Shown here in pieces: positions 1 to 12,098 of a stretch of DNA of 64,000 bases. Under the pieces are notes generated by a model. That model ran no database searches. It saw only the letters and a program-made list of their open reading frames with translations, and was not told where the DNA came from. Position 1 is the stretch's first letter; each line of letters starts with the position of its first letter. The position numbers were made by a program, and so were the translations under genes. The stretch is from Squalus acanthias (taxonomy: Eukaryota), in assembly GCA_030390025.1 (NCBI GenBank), contig CM059433.1:133982001-134046000 (forward strand), read 5' to 3'.

Positions 1-20
1 TAAATACGAGTTGTTGTTGT

Positions 21-158
21 TATTTGAATAAGAAGTAGGGAATTCTCTTGGTGCCCTGGCCAATGTTTACTCCTCAACCAACATCACAAACTGATTATCT
101 AGTCATTTATCTCACTTCTGTTTGTGGAACCTTGCTGTGCATAAATTGGATGCCGCAT
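21..158 (+). mobile_element. DeuSINE (SacSINE1/AmnSINE1-like) internal fragment
   Basis: Contains ggtgccctggccaatgtttactcctcaaccaacatcac...gctgtgcataaattgg, matching the reverse complement of the full copies at 12903 and 22730. Confidence 0.75.
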
Positions 159-3100
159 GGTCAAGTGAGATCAAGTTAATTTATGCTAAAACAAGATAAG
201 AATCAAAGGAAAGCTCAAGTTAAATAACATCTATTACACACTTAGAACTGGAGCTACCACATAGTTCAGTGAATTTGGATTTAGTTAAGTATGCAAAAAT
301 AAGTTTAGGTTCCCTAATTAGGAGCAAAGCCAAATCAGGAGGAGGGTGATAATGGCCTGTGTATGGAGGTAAAAGAAGGGAAAGCTAAATAGATTGAAGG
401 CCTTATCACGATTTCAGTTTTATGTTCTTTATACGGAGTTCATTTCATGACTGTGAAAGGCTCACAGAGAATACATGCAAAAGGACTTCCACAGGCTAAA
501 ATAATACCCTAATAATTCATCACTGCTGCCATAGTCTCAAATGTAAAATGCAAGAATAAGAGTAGAAAACCATTTAAATTATACAAATATATATGAAATT
601 TTACTGAACTATTTTGATTTGTGGATTGACATTAAACAGCAGATTCCAAAGTGATGAGGCTTCCCTTCAGCAGCTCTCCTGCTATAAATGGTTTGTCCTT
701 GGAACATCAGTGCACAGAGGGGTGAAGAGAGTTGGCTGCTGTCCTCAGCAGGAGGTGTAAACCAACCTGTTAAAAATGAATGCACTTTTTACCCAACATG
801 GACAATGGAATATTTGGGGCACCTCATTTGAGATTGTTACTGTCTCGGGATCTTCTGCACCATTTTCTCATTCAATAGTTTGAAATCTGATCCTTTTCAT
901 TCTCCATCCCTGCAGGGTGCATGAAGCCAAGGGATTAACAATTAACCTGCTGCAGCAGTGGTGCTGAATTAAGCATAGTCTCGTCCAGTGTTCCCATATT
1001 CACTTCAGGTGAATCAGGAGTGCCCAAGCTTATTGTCTTCATGGGCCATTTGGGCCTTATACAGGGCTTAAATCCATGCTCCCATTAACTTGCATAGATC
1101 TCAAGCTGCAAACACAAATATATCTTGGTATTCTGGTTTTAACCACTAGTGAGGAAACAGTACTAAGAACAGCCCTTTCCAAACTTCCATGTTCTAAAAT
1201 TCAAACAGGACAAACCAGCAAGTAAGTATATGCGTAAGCAGAGCTAGGTCATCTGTGCAGTGTCAGATTGCCAAGGTTCATGTGATCCCCGGCTGTAGTT
1301 TGGATGAGACAGGGATAGAGAGGCAGTGTATTTGTAACAGACCAGATATTTGACATGCTACATTTATTTACAAAATTAAGAAATATAAAATACAGGAAAT
1401 TAGATAAATACTGATGTAAAACAGCAGTGAAATATAAAACATCAGAGCTCTCAGCAACCCTTAGGACAGTCTTTTCAGGTCTGTCAGTTGAATAATGGCA
1501 CAGTGAATGTTAACAGTGCAGTCCTTCTGTACCCCTTGGTATCAGAACATTTCCTGGAGTTTCTCATGCAAGGTGTGTCACACTCAAGGAGCTCTTTAGG
1601 CTGATCAGCCTTCAAAATGCAGCAAGAAGTGAAGAATCTGCAGATTTCTGCTCACTTACTTTGGAGGAGGAAAGCAATCACATTTTAAGGACACTACCAA
1701 ACAAAAATACCACAAAACATACCTTTCGGGTAATCCATGGCCACTTTCACCCAAAACCAGTTGGCAAACACAACAAACTAAATCTGAGCCTAACATTCAT
1801 ATAAACAATTCCTGATTCAGAATTGAATGCGTGGAGCCAAATTAGAGTCCCATTCCATTAGCGGCTGCAAAACACAAGACCACATATTTATCCTCAGAAC
1901 CCAACATTTACCCTAATTTGTTGTCTGGGGTCCTTGCAGGTATAAACTGGTGGAACGGACGAGAACTCACAACAGTGACACACAAATGCAGGTCTAAGTA
2001 TTTGCCATTAAGCAGAGTATAAACTCAGGGAACCTATCACGTGTGTTTATAGTCTCTACCAGAATAACCCTCAATTGAGTTTTTAAAGCCCCGGCCACGT
2101 GACCTGGGTTGTATATTCCCCCGGTTCCTACCATTAAATTAAGAATCCACAATATTATAGAAGATAGGTCCAATAATCCCAAAACAGAATCCATTTATAA
2201 TAAAATGTACACAGCCATGGAAATATGTATCTGTGCAAAGATTCCCAGCGATTCACATATTCCAATAAGGACTGCCACCCCTTAATCTCTGATAGAGCCA
2301 CACAGGACAAAGCAGGAAGAGAGTATAAATGGAGGCGGGCACAAATGTTACTCTCCTCAAACCCCAACAAAAATAAGGCACCTTAAACTTGATTCCCACA
2401 GGTTGCCAACCCCTTTGAAGAAAAGATGGTCACGTGTTTCATCCTTGACTGAAAAAATATAATGCTGGTATTACACTCAAAATAAAAGCACAAATTTCAC
2501 GATGTGACGTTTTAACCAATAAAGCCCAATAAAATATCACAATACAGAAACATTTACAGTTGATGTTTATTTTGTTAACACCATTATAAACAACCCTGCA
2601 GAAATTAAGGAAAAGAGCCCAAGGAATCGGCAAATTTTCTCATCTTTGGCTGGTTTTACAGCAACTTCTTGGCAACAAGAGCTGTCTCCTGCTCCATCAG
2701 TCTGATTTCAACTTGAAATCAATTACTGTCAACTCATGGCTCATCCTCACATTTTCTTATCTCTTTTTTTCCCAATTCTGCTTTCATTTTAACTTTAAAA
2801 AAAAACTAGGGACAACGCGAAGAAAGTAAAATATCTGACATTAGCCAGGCTCAGGAAAAAAACTTTGAATTTATGCCAGGTATTAATCTTCTATTATACA
2901 CTTCACTAAACCACTAAACTTCCCTACATTAGAGAGTGATAAATATGTATAAAATTTGGGACTTTTTTCAAATGCAATTTGAAACCTGATTAAGTAGCTG
3001 TACAGTGTCTCTGAGCGCCTGCAGAATGGCATCTGGCTGGGCCATTCACTATTTACAGTTAAACAGGCCAGCTACAGCAGTTACAACATCCTGCATTTTA

Positions 3101-4181
3101 ATTTCAGGGTGAATGATTTCATTGCTCGGAATAATCAGTCCCAGAGTTAACTTAAAGCTCTAAACCACGGAAAGTTTAAACACGCCAAATGTGGAAGTTC
3201 ATGAGACTGACATTTAGAATTTGATAGAAAGCACCTGTAACTAGAAATAATTCAATATGTGTCATGTCTACTAATGCCAATCTTCACATCACTGTTACCC
3301 AAAATTGCAATAATCTTAAAGGCATATACTGTACATTGAACCATCACAGTAACCTACATCCAACACCATGGATTCAAACATGAACAGTCCCTTAAGGTTC
3401 TCATTCTACTAAATGGCTGTAACTGTCAGATCACTTTATCTTGGATCTCTACACACAGCCCCAAAACAATTCCAGAACGCTGATCTTTTAGTGTAAGGCA
3501 ATAGAGTGTGCGTGCTCCACTTCCTGAATCACATTCAAGTGAACCAGAACAAATCCACGGAGCAGCTGTGTACGAGTTTGCACCCTTCATTCCACAAGTG
3601 ATAAGTTCATAAAGTATCAGGACAAGGTGTAGAGCAGAAGCCAGACATTTCTCCATGAGAAAGGAAGGATAAGGTTCTTTGATGAAATAACAGAGAAGGT
3701 TGATGAAGGTAGTGCTGCAGATGTTGTATATATGGACTTTCAAAGGACATTTAATAAAGTACCTCACAACAGACTTATTCAGAAATTAGAAGGACATGGT
3801 ATTAAAGGGGCAGTGGTAACTTGGGTACATCATTGGTTAAGGGATAAAAGGCAGGGAGTAGTGGTGAACGGATGTTTTTCTGGCTGGAGAGAAGTATGCA
3901 GTGGTGTCTCCCAGGGGTCGGTATTAGGACCGTTGCTTTTCTTGTTATATATAAATGACCTGGACTTGGGTATAGGGAGTACATTTTTGAAGTTTGCGGA
4001 TGATACAAAACTTGGCAACATAGTAAATAATGAGCAGTAGAGCAGTAGAGCAGCAGACTTCAGGAGGACATAGACAGATTGGTGAAATGGGCAGACACTT
4101 GGCAGCTGCAATTTATGCAGATAAGTGCAAAGTGATGTACTTTGGAGAAGCAAGAGGCAGTATAATGTAAGTGGTCCAATA

Positions 4182-4969
4182 GCAAAATACTGCAGATGCT
4201 ATAAATCTGAAACAACAACAGAAAATGCTGGAAACACTCAGGTCAGGCAGCATCGTGGAGCGAGAAACAGAGTTAACGTTTCAGGTCGATGACCCTATGT
4301 CAGAACTGGAAAAAGTTGGAGAAGTAACAGATATTTAAGCAAGTGTAGGGCAGGGAAACGTATTCGCTGGTCACGGTGCGGTCTCCTCTACATTGGGGAG
4401 ACCAAATGCAGATTAGGTGACCACTTTGCGGAACACCTCCGTTCAGTCCGTAAGCGTGACCCCGACCTTCCGATCACCTGTCACTTTAATTCTCCGCTCT
4501 ACTCCCACTCTGACCTCTCCGTCCTCGGCCTCTTACACTGTTCCAATGAAACTCAACGTAAGCTCGAGGAACAGCACCTCATCTTTCGATTAGGCACTTT
4601 ACAGCCTTCTAGATTCAACATCGAGTTCAACAATTTCAGTCTATAACCTCGGCCCCCATGTTTTTTTTCCTCTCACATGGCAGCTGTTGATGATTCTGCC
4701 ATTGTCATTTACAACTCATCTAGAGTCATCTTTTGTTTCATAACTTGTCCCATTACCATCTCCTTTTGCCTTGCATCATCATCCCTTCTGTCTTTCAATC
4801 GCTCCTGCCTTCCACCCTATCACAGACCTTTCCTTTGTTCTTTCCTCCCCTCCCCCCTTTCCCTGCCCCACATTTGCTTAATTATCTGGTACTTCTCCAA
4901 CTTTTTCCAGTTCTGACGAAGGGTCATCGACCTGAAACATTAACTCTGTTTCTTTCTCCATGATGCTGC
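4182..4969 (+). mobile_element. Penelope-like element: GIY-YIG endonuclease 3' part flanked by inverted pseudo-LTR copies
   Basis: 4362-4646 is a stop-free frame (IRWSRCGLLYIGETKCRLGDHFAEH...CHFN...RKLEEQHLIFRLGTLQPSRFNIEF). 4247-4355 is the reverse complement of about 4860-4969. Confidence 0.9.
4909..4945 (+). ncRNA. Minimal hammerhead ribozyme motif in the Penelope pseudo-LTR
   Basis: agtt-CTGACGA-agggtc atc gacct-GAAAC-aTTA-act: conserved CUGANGA and GAAA cores around stem II. An inverted copy at 4271-4307 has GAAACGTTA but a mutated CTGACAT core. Confidence 0.75.
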
Positions 4970-5249
4970 ATAATCTAAATGGTACTACTTTGAGGGGGGG
5001 GGGGGGGGGGGTGGTGCAAGAGTAGTGGGACATGGGGATGCATATTCGCAAATCCTTGAAGGTGGCTGGACACCATAGGAACTTTCAAAAGACAATTGGA
5101 CATGTATTTGAAGAGAACTAATTTATAGGGTTATGGGAAAAAAACGGGTGTGGGATTAAATTGGGCAGCTCTTTCAAAGTGCCGGCATATGCATAGTCAT
5201 GATGGGCCGAATGGCGCACTGTGCTGCAAGATTCTATGATTCCAAGGTA

Positions 5250-5680
5250 AGAACATAAGAACATAATAGGAGCAGGAGTAGGCCATTCGGCTATTCGAGC
5301 CTGCTCTGTCATTCAAGAAGATCATGGCTGATCTTATACCTCAACTCTACCTTCCCGCACTATCCCCATATCCCTTGCTTTCCAAAACTCTATCGATCTC
5401 TGTCTTGAATATACTCAATGACTGAGCATCCACAACTCTCTGAGGTAGAGAATTCCAAAGATCACAACCCTTTGAGTGAAGAAATTTCTCCTCATCTCAG
5501 TCCTAAAAGGCCAACCCCTTATTCTGAGACTGTGACCCCTAGTTCTAGACTCCCCAGCCAGGGGAAACATCCTCCCTGCATCTACCCTGTCAAGCCCTTT
5601 AAGAATTTTATATGTTTCAATGAGATCACCTCTCATTCTTCTAAACTGTAGGGAATATAGGCCCATTCTACTCAATCTAA
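5250..5680 (-). mobile_element. CR1 LINE 3' fragment
   Basis: ORF 5415-5693 encodes GLYSLQFRRMRGDLIETYKIL...RRNFFTQRVV; tail gatcagccatgatc...cctattatgttcttatgttct. Confidence 0.92.
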
Positions 5681-6130
5681 AGGGGCAAGTCAACTGCCAC
5701 TCTCCCCTTCTCTGCCAAAACAGTCAACTCAACAGCAATAGTGCAAAGGTGTCTCAGAGTGAACAACACACGGGATGAGCTGAAGAAATACAAATATACA
5801 TAAACACAAAATGGGAGGAGCAGTAACTTTGTAAAAATCTAAAGATTTGTTTTTCCAATATCAGCTCCATTTGCCTTGAACTGTTGAGCAATAGGACTTT
5901 TGACTCATCCTGAAATACTGGGCATTTAAGTCTGAATTGAATAGGGAAACAAAATCACACTAGTTCCCTGAGTCATGTGCGCTGGAGAATCACAGTAGTT
6001 ATCAGCTTGTCGATTTTAGACTTGGGGGATCAATCCACCATCTGAAAATGTTTGCAATAAATCATATTTACTATTTTCCCAAAATTCAAGGGCAAACTCT
6101 TAGCTCCATTTTCTCCTGATCTCTTCAGGT

Positions 6131-6517
6131 CAGTGTTATCCAACAGAAATTGCTGGCACCATTTTAGGGCACTAATTTTAGTAGAAAGAGCCTTACACAC
6201 AATACAGGTAAACGTATTTCATGTGTGTATTTACTTAACAAACATCTACCACCATTCAGGTGACGAAGGAAGTAAAGCACTCGCAATGATCAAAAAACAC
6301 TCCCAAACACTGCTTATCAGCTCACTTTTTTTTAAACCAACAAACACACAAAAAGGTTAAAGTACACATGCATATGCCATACGAATGAGTATTGGGATCA
6401 CATGTCCAACAACGGTGTCAGATACTCACTCTTTATTCACTAATCAAATGTAATTAGCCACATCTGGCTTCCCAATTAGCCAGATGTGGCTAGTGGCCAA
6501 CGTATTGGACAACACTG
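6131..6517. mobile_element. Non-autonomous hAT (Charlie-type) MITE
   Basis: TIRs cagtgttatccaa / ttggacaacactg (12/13 match). 8-bp flanks cttcaggt / ctttaggc (6/8, both differences transitions). Internal 15-bp perfect inverted repeat tagccacatctggct / agccagatgtggcta. Confidence 0.75.
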
Positions 6518-6895
6518 CTTTAGGCTACATACCAACCTGAAGGTGACCTAATACAAGGCTATGCAAATACTGCTCTAACCAGGCTGTTGGCAGGTGCAGC
6601 ACAGGATCAGAATGAGGACTCTCTCCCAGTGGCATTATGCCTGGCTGTTGCTCAGGACTCCCTCACAGACACACACACAGCTGAGCTTGGTTGCAGAAGA
6701 TTGCTGGCACAGACAGACTCTCCACAGAGCCGCACTGCACCACGCAAATGTTGTCCCTTGAGAATTAAACGTTATTAAACTGACTTTACTGATGGACTCC
6801 TCTTTCTTCCTTCATTCTCTCCCCAAACCTTTTTGATTTGCAACGCTGAATTATTAGAAAATTTGAAAGGTGCTCCTGTGGACACAAGCCAAAAC

Positions 6896-6957
6896 TGATA
6901 GATATATAGAGATATAGAGAGATAGAGAGAGATAGATAGCGAGATAGATAGATAGAT

Positions 6958-7024
<67 letters not shown>

Positions 7025-7028
7025 TATA
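6896..7028. repeat. Compound (GATA)n/(GA)n microsatellite
   Basis: Directly visible, including about 60 bp of pure GA at 6961-7020. Confidence 0.97.
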
Positions 7029-8563
7029 ATGCATTCCATAGTCTTCGGTATAGATTCTAGTATTTCCGGCATCAGCAATATTATTTTTAACGAGTCACCA
7101 TAAACTAGAAATTGAGTGCAATTGTGGGGGTCAATTCAGACCCATACCCGAGATCCCAATACAAGTAGACTATCTGCTACTTTTATCCATCACTAGGTCC
7201 ATTTTCAGCCATATAGCAGGACCGTGTATCTTAGTATAGGTCCCTACAATTCCAATTACATGCATGCGCAGGATCTTCTTGCACGGCTGGCTGCACCCTG
7301 ACTGCTGGCATAGCCAGCTGTTTATCGCAGCGATCTTCTGATGCACAACATGTGCTGACAGCACTGAAATGTCAGCCCTTTATCCTTACTGGTGGAATTA
7401 GCAAGTTATGATTGATTTACCTGGACCATTTATGGAGTGTGGATCTGAGCCAGGGCTCGAAACTACAATTCGTTGAGCAAAATCTCTACTGTCCTGGACA
7501 CAGCGAATCTCTGCAGCCTGTACCACAAGGATATCATCTTGTAACATGGACAACTCATCAGTGTTCACATTTCGCCCCTGAATACTTTAATAGATATCAC
7601 TGGGGTTGATATTTTGAGGTCGTCACCAGAGATTAACACAGAGAACATTTGTTTTAATCCAGTTAAACCGTGCATGCATTCTTGTAATTGGGATGCACTT
7701 TTATTTTAAGACCTACCGAAAAATTCCCTACCATCTACCTCTGACCATGCTTTGAAAGGATTTCTTGCAGCAATGACATTTTGTCCCCTCTATGCCTCAA
7801 TGAGTGGTAATTATTTAATTCCAAAGCGGTGCATCTAAATCCTCTATTGTTACAGACCACCAACTGCCAAGTCGATTAACCCTCTGATAAAATGCTGTTT
7901 TTAATTTGAGAAACCCAGGTGAAAGGCCAAATCCCATAGTGCAGGACATCGCCAAGGTTAAAAAGATTAAAAGAGATGAGATAGATTAGCTGGTAGTGAT
8001 TAGGTAGAACCAAGCTTGAGTTTTAAAAGCCTGAAGATTGCAGGAAAAGGCTGAGGGAGATAAGGAGTTCCACAGGAAAGGAATGATTTACAGCAGGATG
8101 TTCTCTGATGGTAGTCTTGATTTCAGCATGGTGGGGATGTAGGGAGGAGTAAGAGTGTATATTGGAAGAAATGAGAGGTGGAAGCAAGAGTCTACACTAG
8201 AAAACAAGAGAGGAGAATCTGAGGCAGGTTAATCAATATTGCTCTCACACGCCGAGCATTGGAATCTAGAGCGAGGCGCATCAAAGCAAATCAGTTGCTA
8301 CCACAAAACAGGAGCGGCACAGTGATGTCATAACACATTCCATCAGAGAAGACAGGATGTGGGTGCACACTCATTATGCACATGAGCACACAAAGTTCCT
8401 GATCTCAGCTGTGCTGCTCTGTAACTCCCTGCAGCTCCCATGATAGTGGGAGAATTGTAGTAAGTTACCTTAGGATGACTTCATGTGCCTGGAGGTCATT
8501 TTCACAGCAGCATTCACAGAGGCCCAGGAACAACTCCATCCTCCATCTCAGCCAAGAAACAAT

Positions 8564-9879
8564 GGCCCAGGATTTGCTGTAGTAATAACGGCGAGGCTGT
8601 CAGCGCTTGCCATTATTAGTGGGTAAACTGACAGCAACTTCTGACGTCCGCACAGGCACAGTTAAAAGCGGAAATCCAGAGGTTGCGGTCAGTGATACTC
8701 TGCTCCTCCATAGGCTGCGCTGTTGCAGTCTTCGCCGATGGAATCACCACAGAAATTACTGTTAAGGCGTGAATTTAAACTAATTACCCACTATTATCAC
8801 ACTAAAGACCGATGAAAAACTTGAGCTATTGGCAGGAAAGACGCACCAACGTCAGTGTTCTCGCTCAGGCCAACATCCCCAGCATCGAAGCTTTGACCAC
8901 GCTTGATCAGCTCCGATGGACGGGCCACATCGTCCACATGCCCGATACAAGACTCCCAAAACAAGCGCTCTACTCGGAGCTCCGACACGGCAAGAGAACC
9001 CCAGGTGGACAGAGGAAACGCTTCAAGGACCCACAATGCCTCCTTGAAAAAGTGCAACATCCCCACCGACACCTGGGATTCCCTGGCCCAAGACCGCACA
9101 AAGTGGAGGAGAAGCATCCGGGAAGGCACCGAACACCTCGATTCTCTTCGCCGGGAGCAAGCGGAAGCCAAGCGCAAACAGCGGAAGGAGCGCACGTCAA
9201 CCCAAGCACCCCACCCACCCGCCCCTTCAATCACTGTCTGCTCCACCTGTGACAGAGACTGTAGGTCCCGCATTGGACTCATCAGTCACCTGAGAACTCA
9301 TTTTTAGTGTGGAAACAACTCATCCTCGGTTCCGAGGGACTGCCTAAGAGAGAGAGAGAGACGAGAAAGACGAATGAAAAACTTGAGCCTTGCTCAATCA
9401 GGAGTAACTGAGTTTTTAATGGTGTAGCAAGTCATAATTACTGAACAACCTCTCTGGCCCTGAAAAATTAATTTTACAAGTGTGGCGTCACATTCCCTCA
9501 GAAGAAAATTAATAGTTGCAGATTTAAAAAAAATATAAAAATAGAATTTTTTTAAAGTTTGTTTTTCTATTTAAGTTTCTCCTTTAATCCCATGTGTATG
9601 TCACAATCTTTATTTTGCTTTCTGTACAATGATTTAAATGTAATTTATATTTCCTGTTTTGCCGTCTGTGGGGATTCTTCAATCTGATTGGTTGATCAGC
9701 CTCCCTGCTGCTTGTCCTGTTTACAGACGTCACGGATCCCCTGTAGAAGGCACTGAATTCAAACTGATGACAGAAAAGAGGTAGTCTGCTCTCTAGAGCC
9801 TGCTAAAACTTTGTGGGTAGCTTTTTTCGAAGTGAACGGAAAGCACTATTCCTTCGCCGGTGACCGCAAAATCCGGGCC
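8564..9879. mobile_element. Non-autonomous PIF/Harbinger-like DNA element containing an RTE insertion
   Basis: Imperfect TIR ggcccaggatttgc / gcaaaatccgggcc, flanked on both sides by AAT (8561-8563 and 9880-9882). Confidence 0.6.
8827..9365 (+). mobile_element. RTE-clade LINE 3' fragment
   Basis: Encodes QLRWTGHIVHMPDTRLPKQALYSEL...GGQRKRFKD, then after a frameshift CSTCDRDCRSRIGLISHLRTH (C2H2 finger). (GA)n tail; 23-bp TSD at 8804-8826 / 9366-9388. Confidence 0.92.
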
Positions 9880-10574
9880 AATATGTAGCATGACAAGAAG
9901 AGAAAAAAAGGAACAAAGCGTGCACCAGCCAAAGCGTAAACTGTTGGTATTCAATTCACTTTGATCAATGTACTTAACCGTGGTGCTAAATTATGATTTT
10001 TTTTTTTTGAATCTCCAGAAAACTAACACTGCAACTTTAACTATTCATTCAACCTCTAATTATATTCCTGGGTTCCAGACATACACTTAAAGCATTTACA
10101 GTTACAACACAGACCGTCTATTATTTCAAAACATCTAAAATTAGGTGGTTATACCCAACCATAAAAAATACTCAACTTCTGATTAGCATTTCCATATATT
10201 TTAAACACAGGGGTTAGAGGACATGCCATGTCATAGAAGGCAACACAAACCTACAAAGAAGGAAAATTAAGTTTGCACTATTTATATTTTTTATATATAA
10301 ATAAGCAATAATGTTGCCATTTGGCCCTCTCCCCATCAGCTGTCCTACCATAAGAATTGGAATGCTGAACCCCAGAAGACAAGACGTACACTCGCCCATT
10401 AAATGTTGGCTGGATTCAAGCTAGGCACAAACAGGATGAAAACAGAATCAGAAATATTTAGCACATCAAAGCTACCATTGATCTTTCAAGTAGCGAATTG
10501 ACCTTAACAGTTTTCAAAATCATTAAAGTGCATGTATTTAAACCAAGAGGAGGCATGGCGAAACAGAATTTAGA

Positions 10575-10700
10575 TTTAACGGTTTACAGAGGGTGGTGAA
10601 TATAGAGACACAGTGGAGGTAAAATAGTGTCAGTAAATTCAAGACAGAACTAGATACACATTTGGCAAAGAAAGGGTTGATGGAAAGAATGGTGTATGGG
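10575..10700 (+). mobile_element. Old CR1 3' remnant
   Basis: tttacagagggtggtgaat...aaattcaagacagaactagatacacatttgg resembles the CR1 C-terminal FTQRVV...FKTELD region. Confidence 0.55.
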
Positions 10701-11567
10701 ATGTTTCAAGCTGTGGTCTGGTCCAGCAGTATACATGTCTACACAGCACATTACATCCACCAACAGCAGAGTGATTAAGGTTATACCAGTATCAATGCAT
10801 TCAGAAAGCCATAGAACTTCATTACAATTTACTTACATCACAACAGCAAGTAAATGCAGTTCACTGTAGAACTGTTTTCTATTCTAAGCAGTAATATCTA
10901 TAAAAAGAATCCTACGGGGAGACCAATCACTTTTAAAATGAGGGGGAAAAATCATTTCCTTTACATTGGTCACTCAGAGAATAAAGGGTTAACAACTGTC
11001 TTGTAACTTTTATTATTACACAGGTGCTGAACCTTGACCTAGGAGCCAGTCCCATATAAAAAGTTCCCAAAAATACTTCAGTGACTCCTGGAGGGATCCA
11101 TACTTTTCAAAACCACAAAACATTAAAAACAAAAAATGTAAAGAATTTAAAAGGAACTATAAAAATTCCTGAACATAGTGTTGTCTACATATGGACTTAA
11201 CACAAAGGGAAGGCCCATAAACAAACCTTGTGCCTTGATTACTTCGAAACAGTGGTTTTTCCAAGAAACATTTGGCAATATTGTAATCTGATAAGAGTTA
11301 TGACAGATGCAACTCTTGTGTAATTATGTATTTTTCTGTTCAAAATATATGATGTGGTTATAAAATATTAATCTGGATTTTCTTTTCTTTTTAAAGAGCT
11401 GAGAAGTACTAGGATTACAGCAATTAAGAGGCTCTTACAGCTCCAAGTTCAAATAAAGCCCAGCCAGAAATATGCCCTCCCTCTAAACTATTTTGAAAGG
11501 TAATAGTGTAAGCAACACAAACTGGGGGCAGTGCGCATACAATTCTCAGTAGACTTCAACAGATGCA

Positions 11568-12098
11568 CAGAATCATAGAAATTTACGGCACAGAAGGACG
11601 CCATTCGGCCCATCGTGCCTGTGCTGGCCGAAAAAGAGCTATCCAGCCTAATCCCACTTTCCAGCTATTGGTCTGTAGCCTTGCAGGTTACGACACTTCA
11701 AGTGCATATCCAAGTACTTTTTAAATGCGGTGAGGGTTTCTGCTTTTATCACCCTTTCAGGCAGTGAGTTCCAGTCCCCACCACCCTCTCCCCAACTTCC
11801 CTCTAATCCTTCTACCAATTACTTTGAATCTATGCCCTCTAGTTAGTGACTTCTCTGCTAAGGGAAATGGGTCCTTCCTATCCACTCTATCTAGGCCCTT
11901 CATAATTTTATACACCTCAATTAAATCTCCCCTCAGCCTCCTCTGTTCCAAAGAAAACAACCCCAGCCTATCCAATCTTTCCTCATAACTAAAATTCTCC
12001 AGTCCTGGCAACATCCTTGTACATCTCCTCTGTACCCTTTCAAGTGCGATCACATCCTTTCTGTAACGTGATGACCAGAACTGTACGCAGTACTCTAG
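11568..12098 (-). mobile_element. CR1 LINE 3' fragment (subfamily with an ATTCTATG-type tail)
   Basis: ORF 11757-12053 encodes ALERVQRRCTRMLPGLENFSYEERLDRLGLFSLEQRRLRGDLIEVYKIM; tail gatgggccgaatggcgtccttctgtgccg...ttctatgattct. Confidence 0.92.

Larger units (their letters stand above)
3665..5245 (+). mobile_element. CR1 LINE, RT region plus 3' tail, interrupted by a Penelope-like insertion
   Basis: ORF 3732-4040 encodes DFQRTFNKVPH...GVSQGSVLGPLLFLLYINDL...FADDTK. CR1 sequence resumes at about 4970 and ends in gatgggccgaatgg...gattctatgattcc. Confidence 0.9.

Noticed and set aside
1655-2000. Possible small exons (minus-strand donors gtaagt at about 1659 and gtatgt at about 1722; plus-strand acceptor ccttgcag at 1939)
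   Set aside because: The translations match nothing I recognise and give no consistent exon chain.
1994-2370. Two minus-strand ORFs faintly like an L1/Tx1 C-terminus
   Set aside because: No clear CCHC or other diagnostic motif.
6786-7078. LSLSLS-repeat ORFs
   Set aside because: Translations of the (GA)n/(GATA)n microsatellite.
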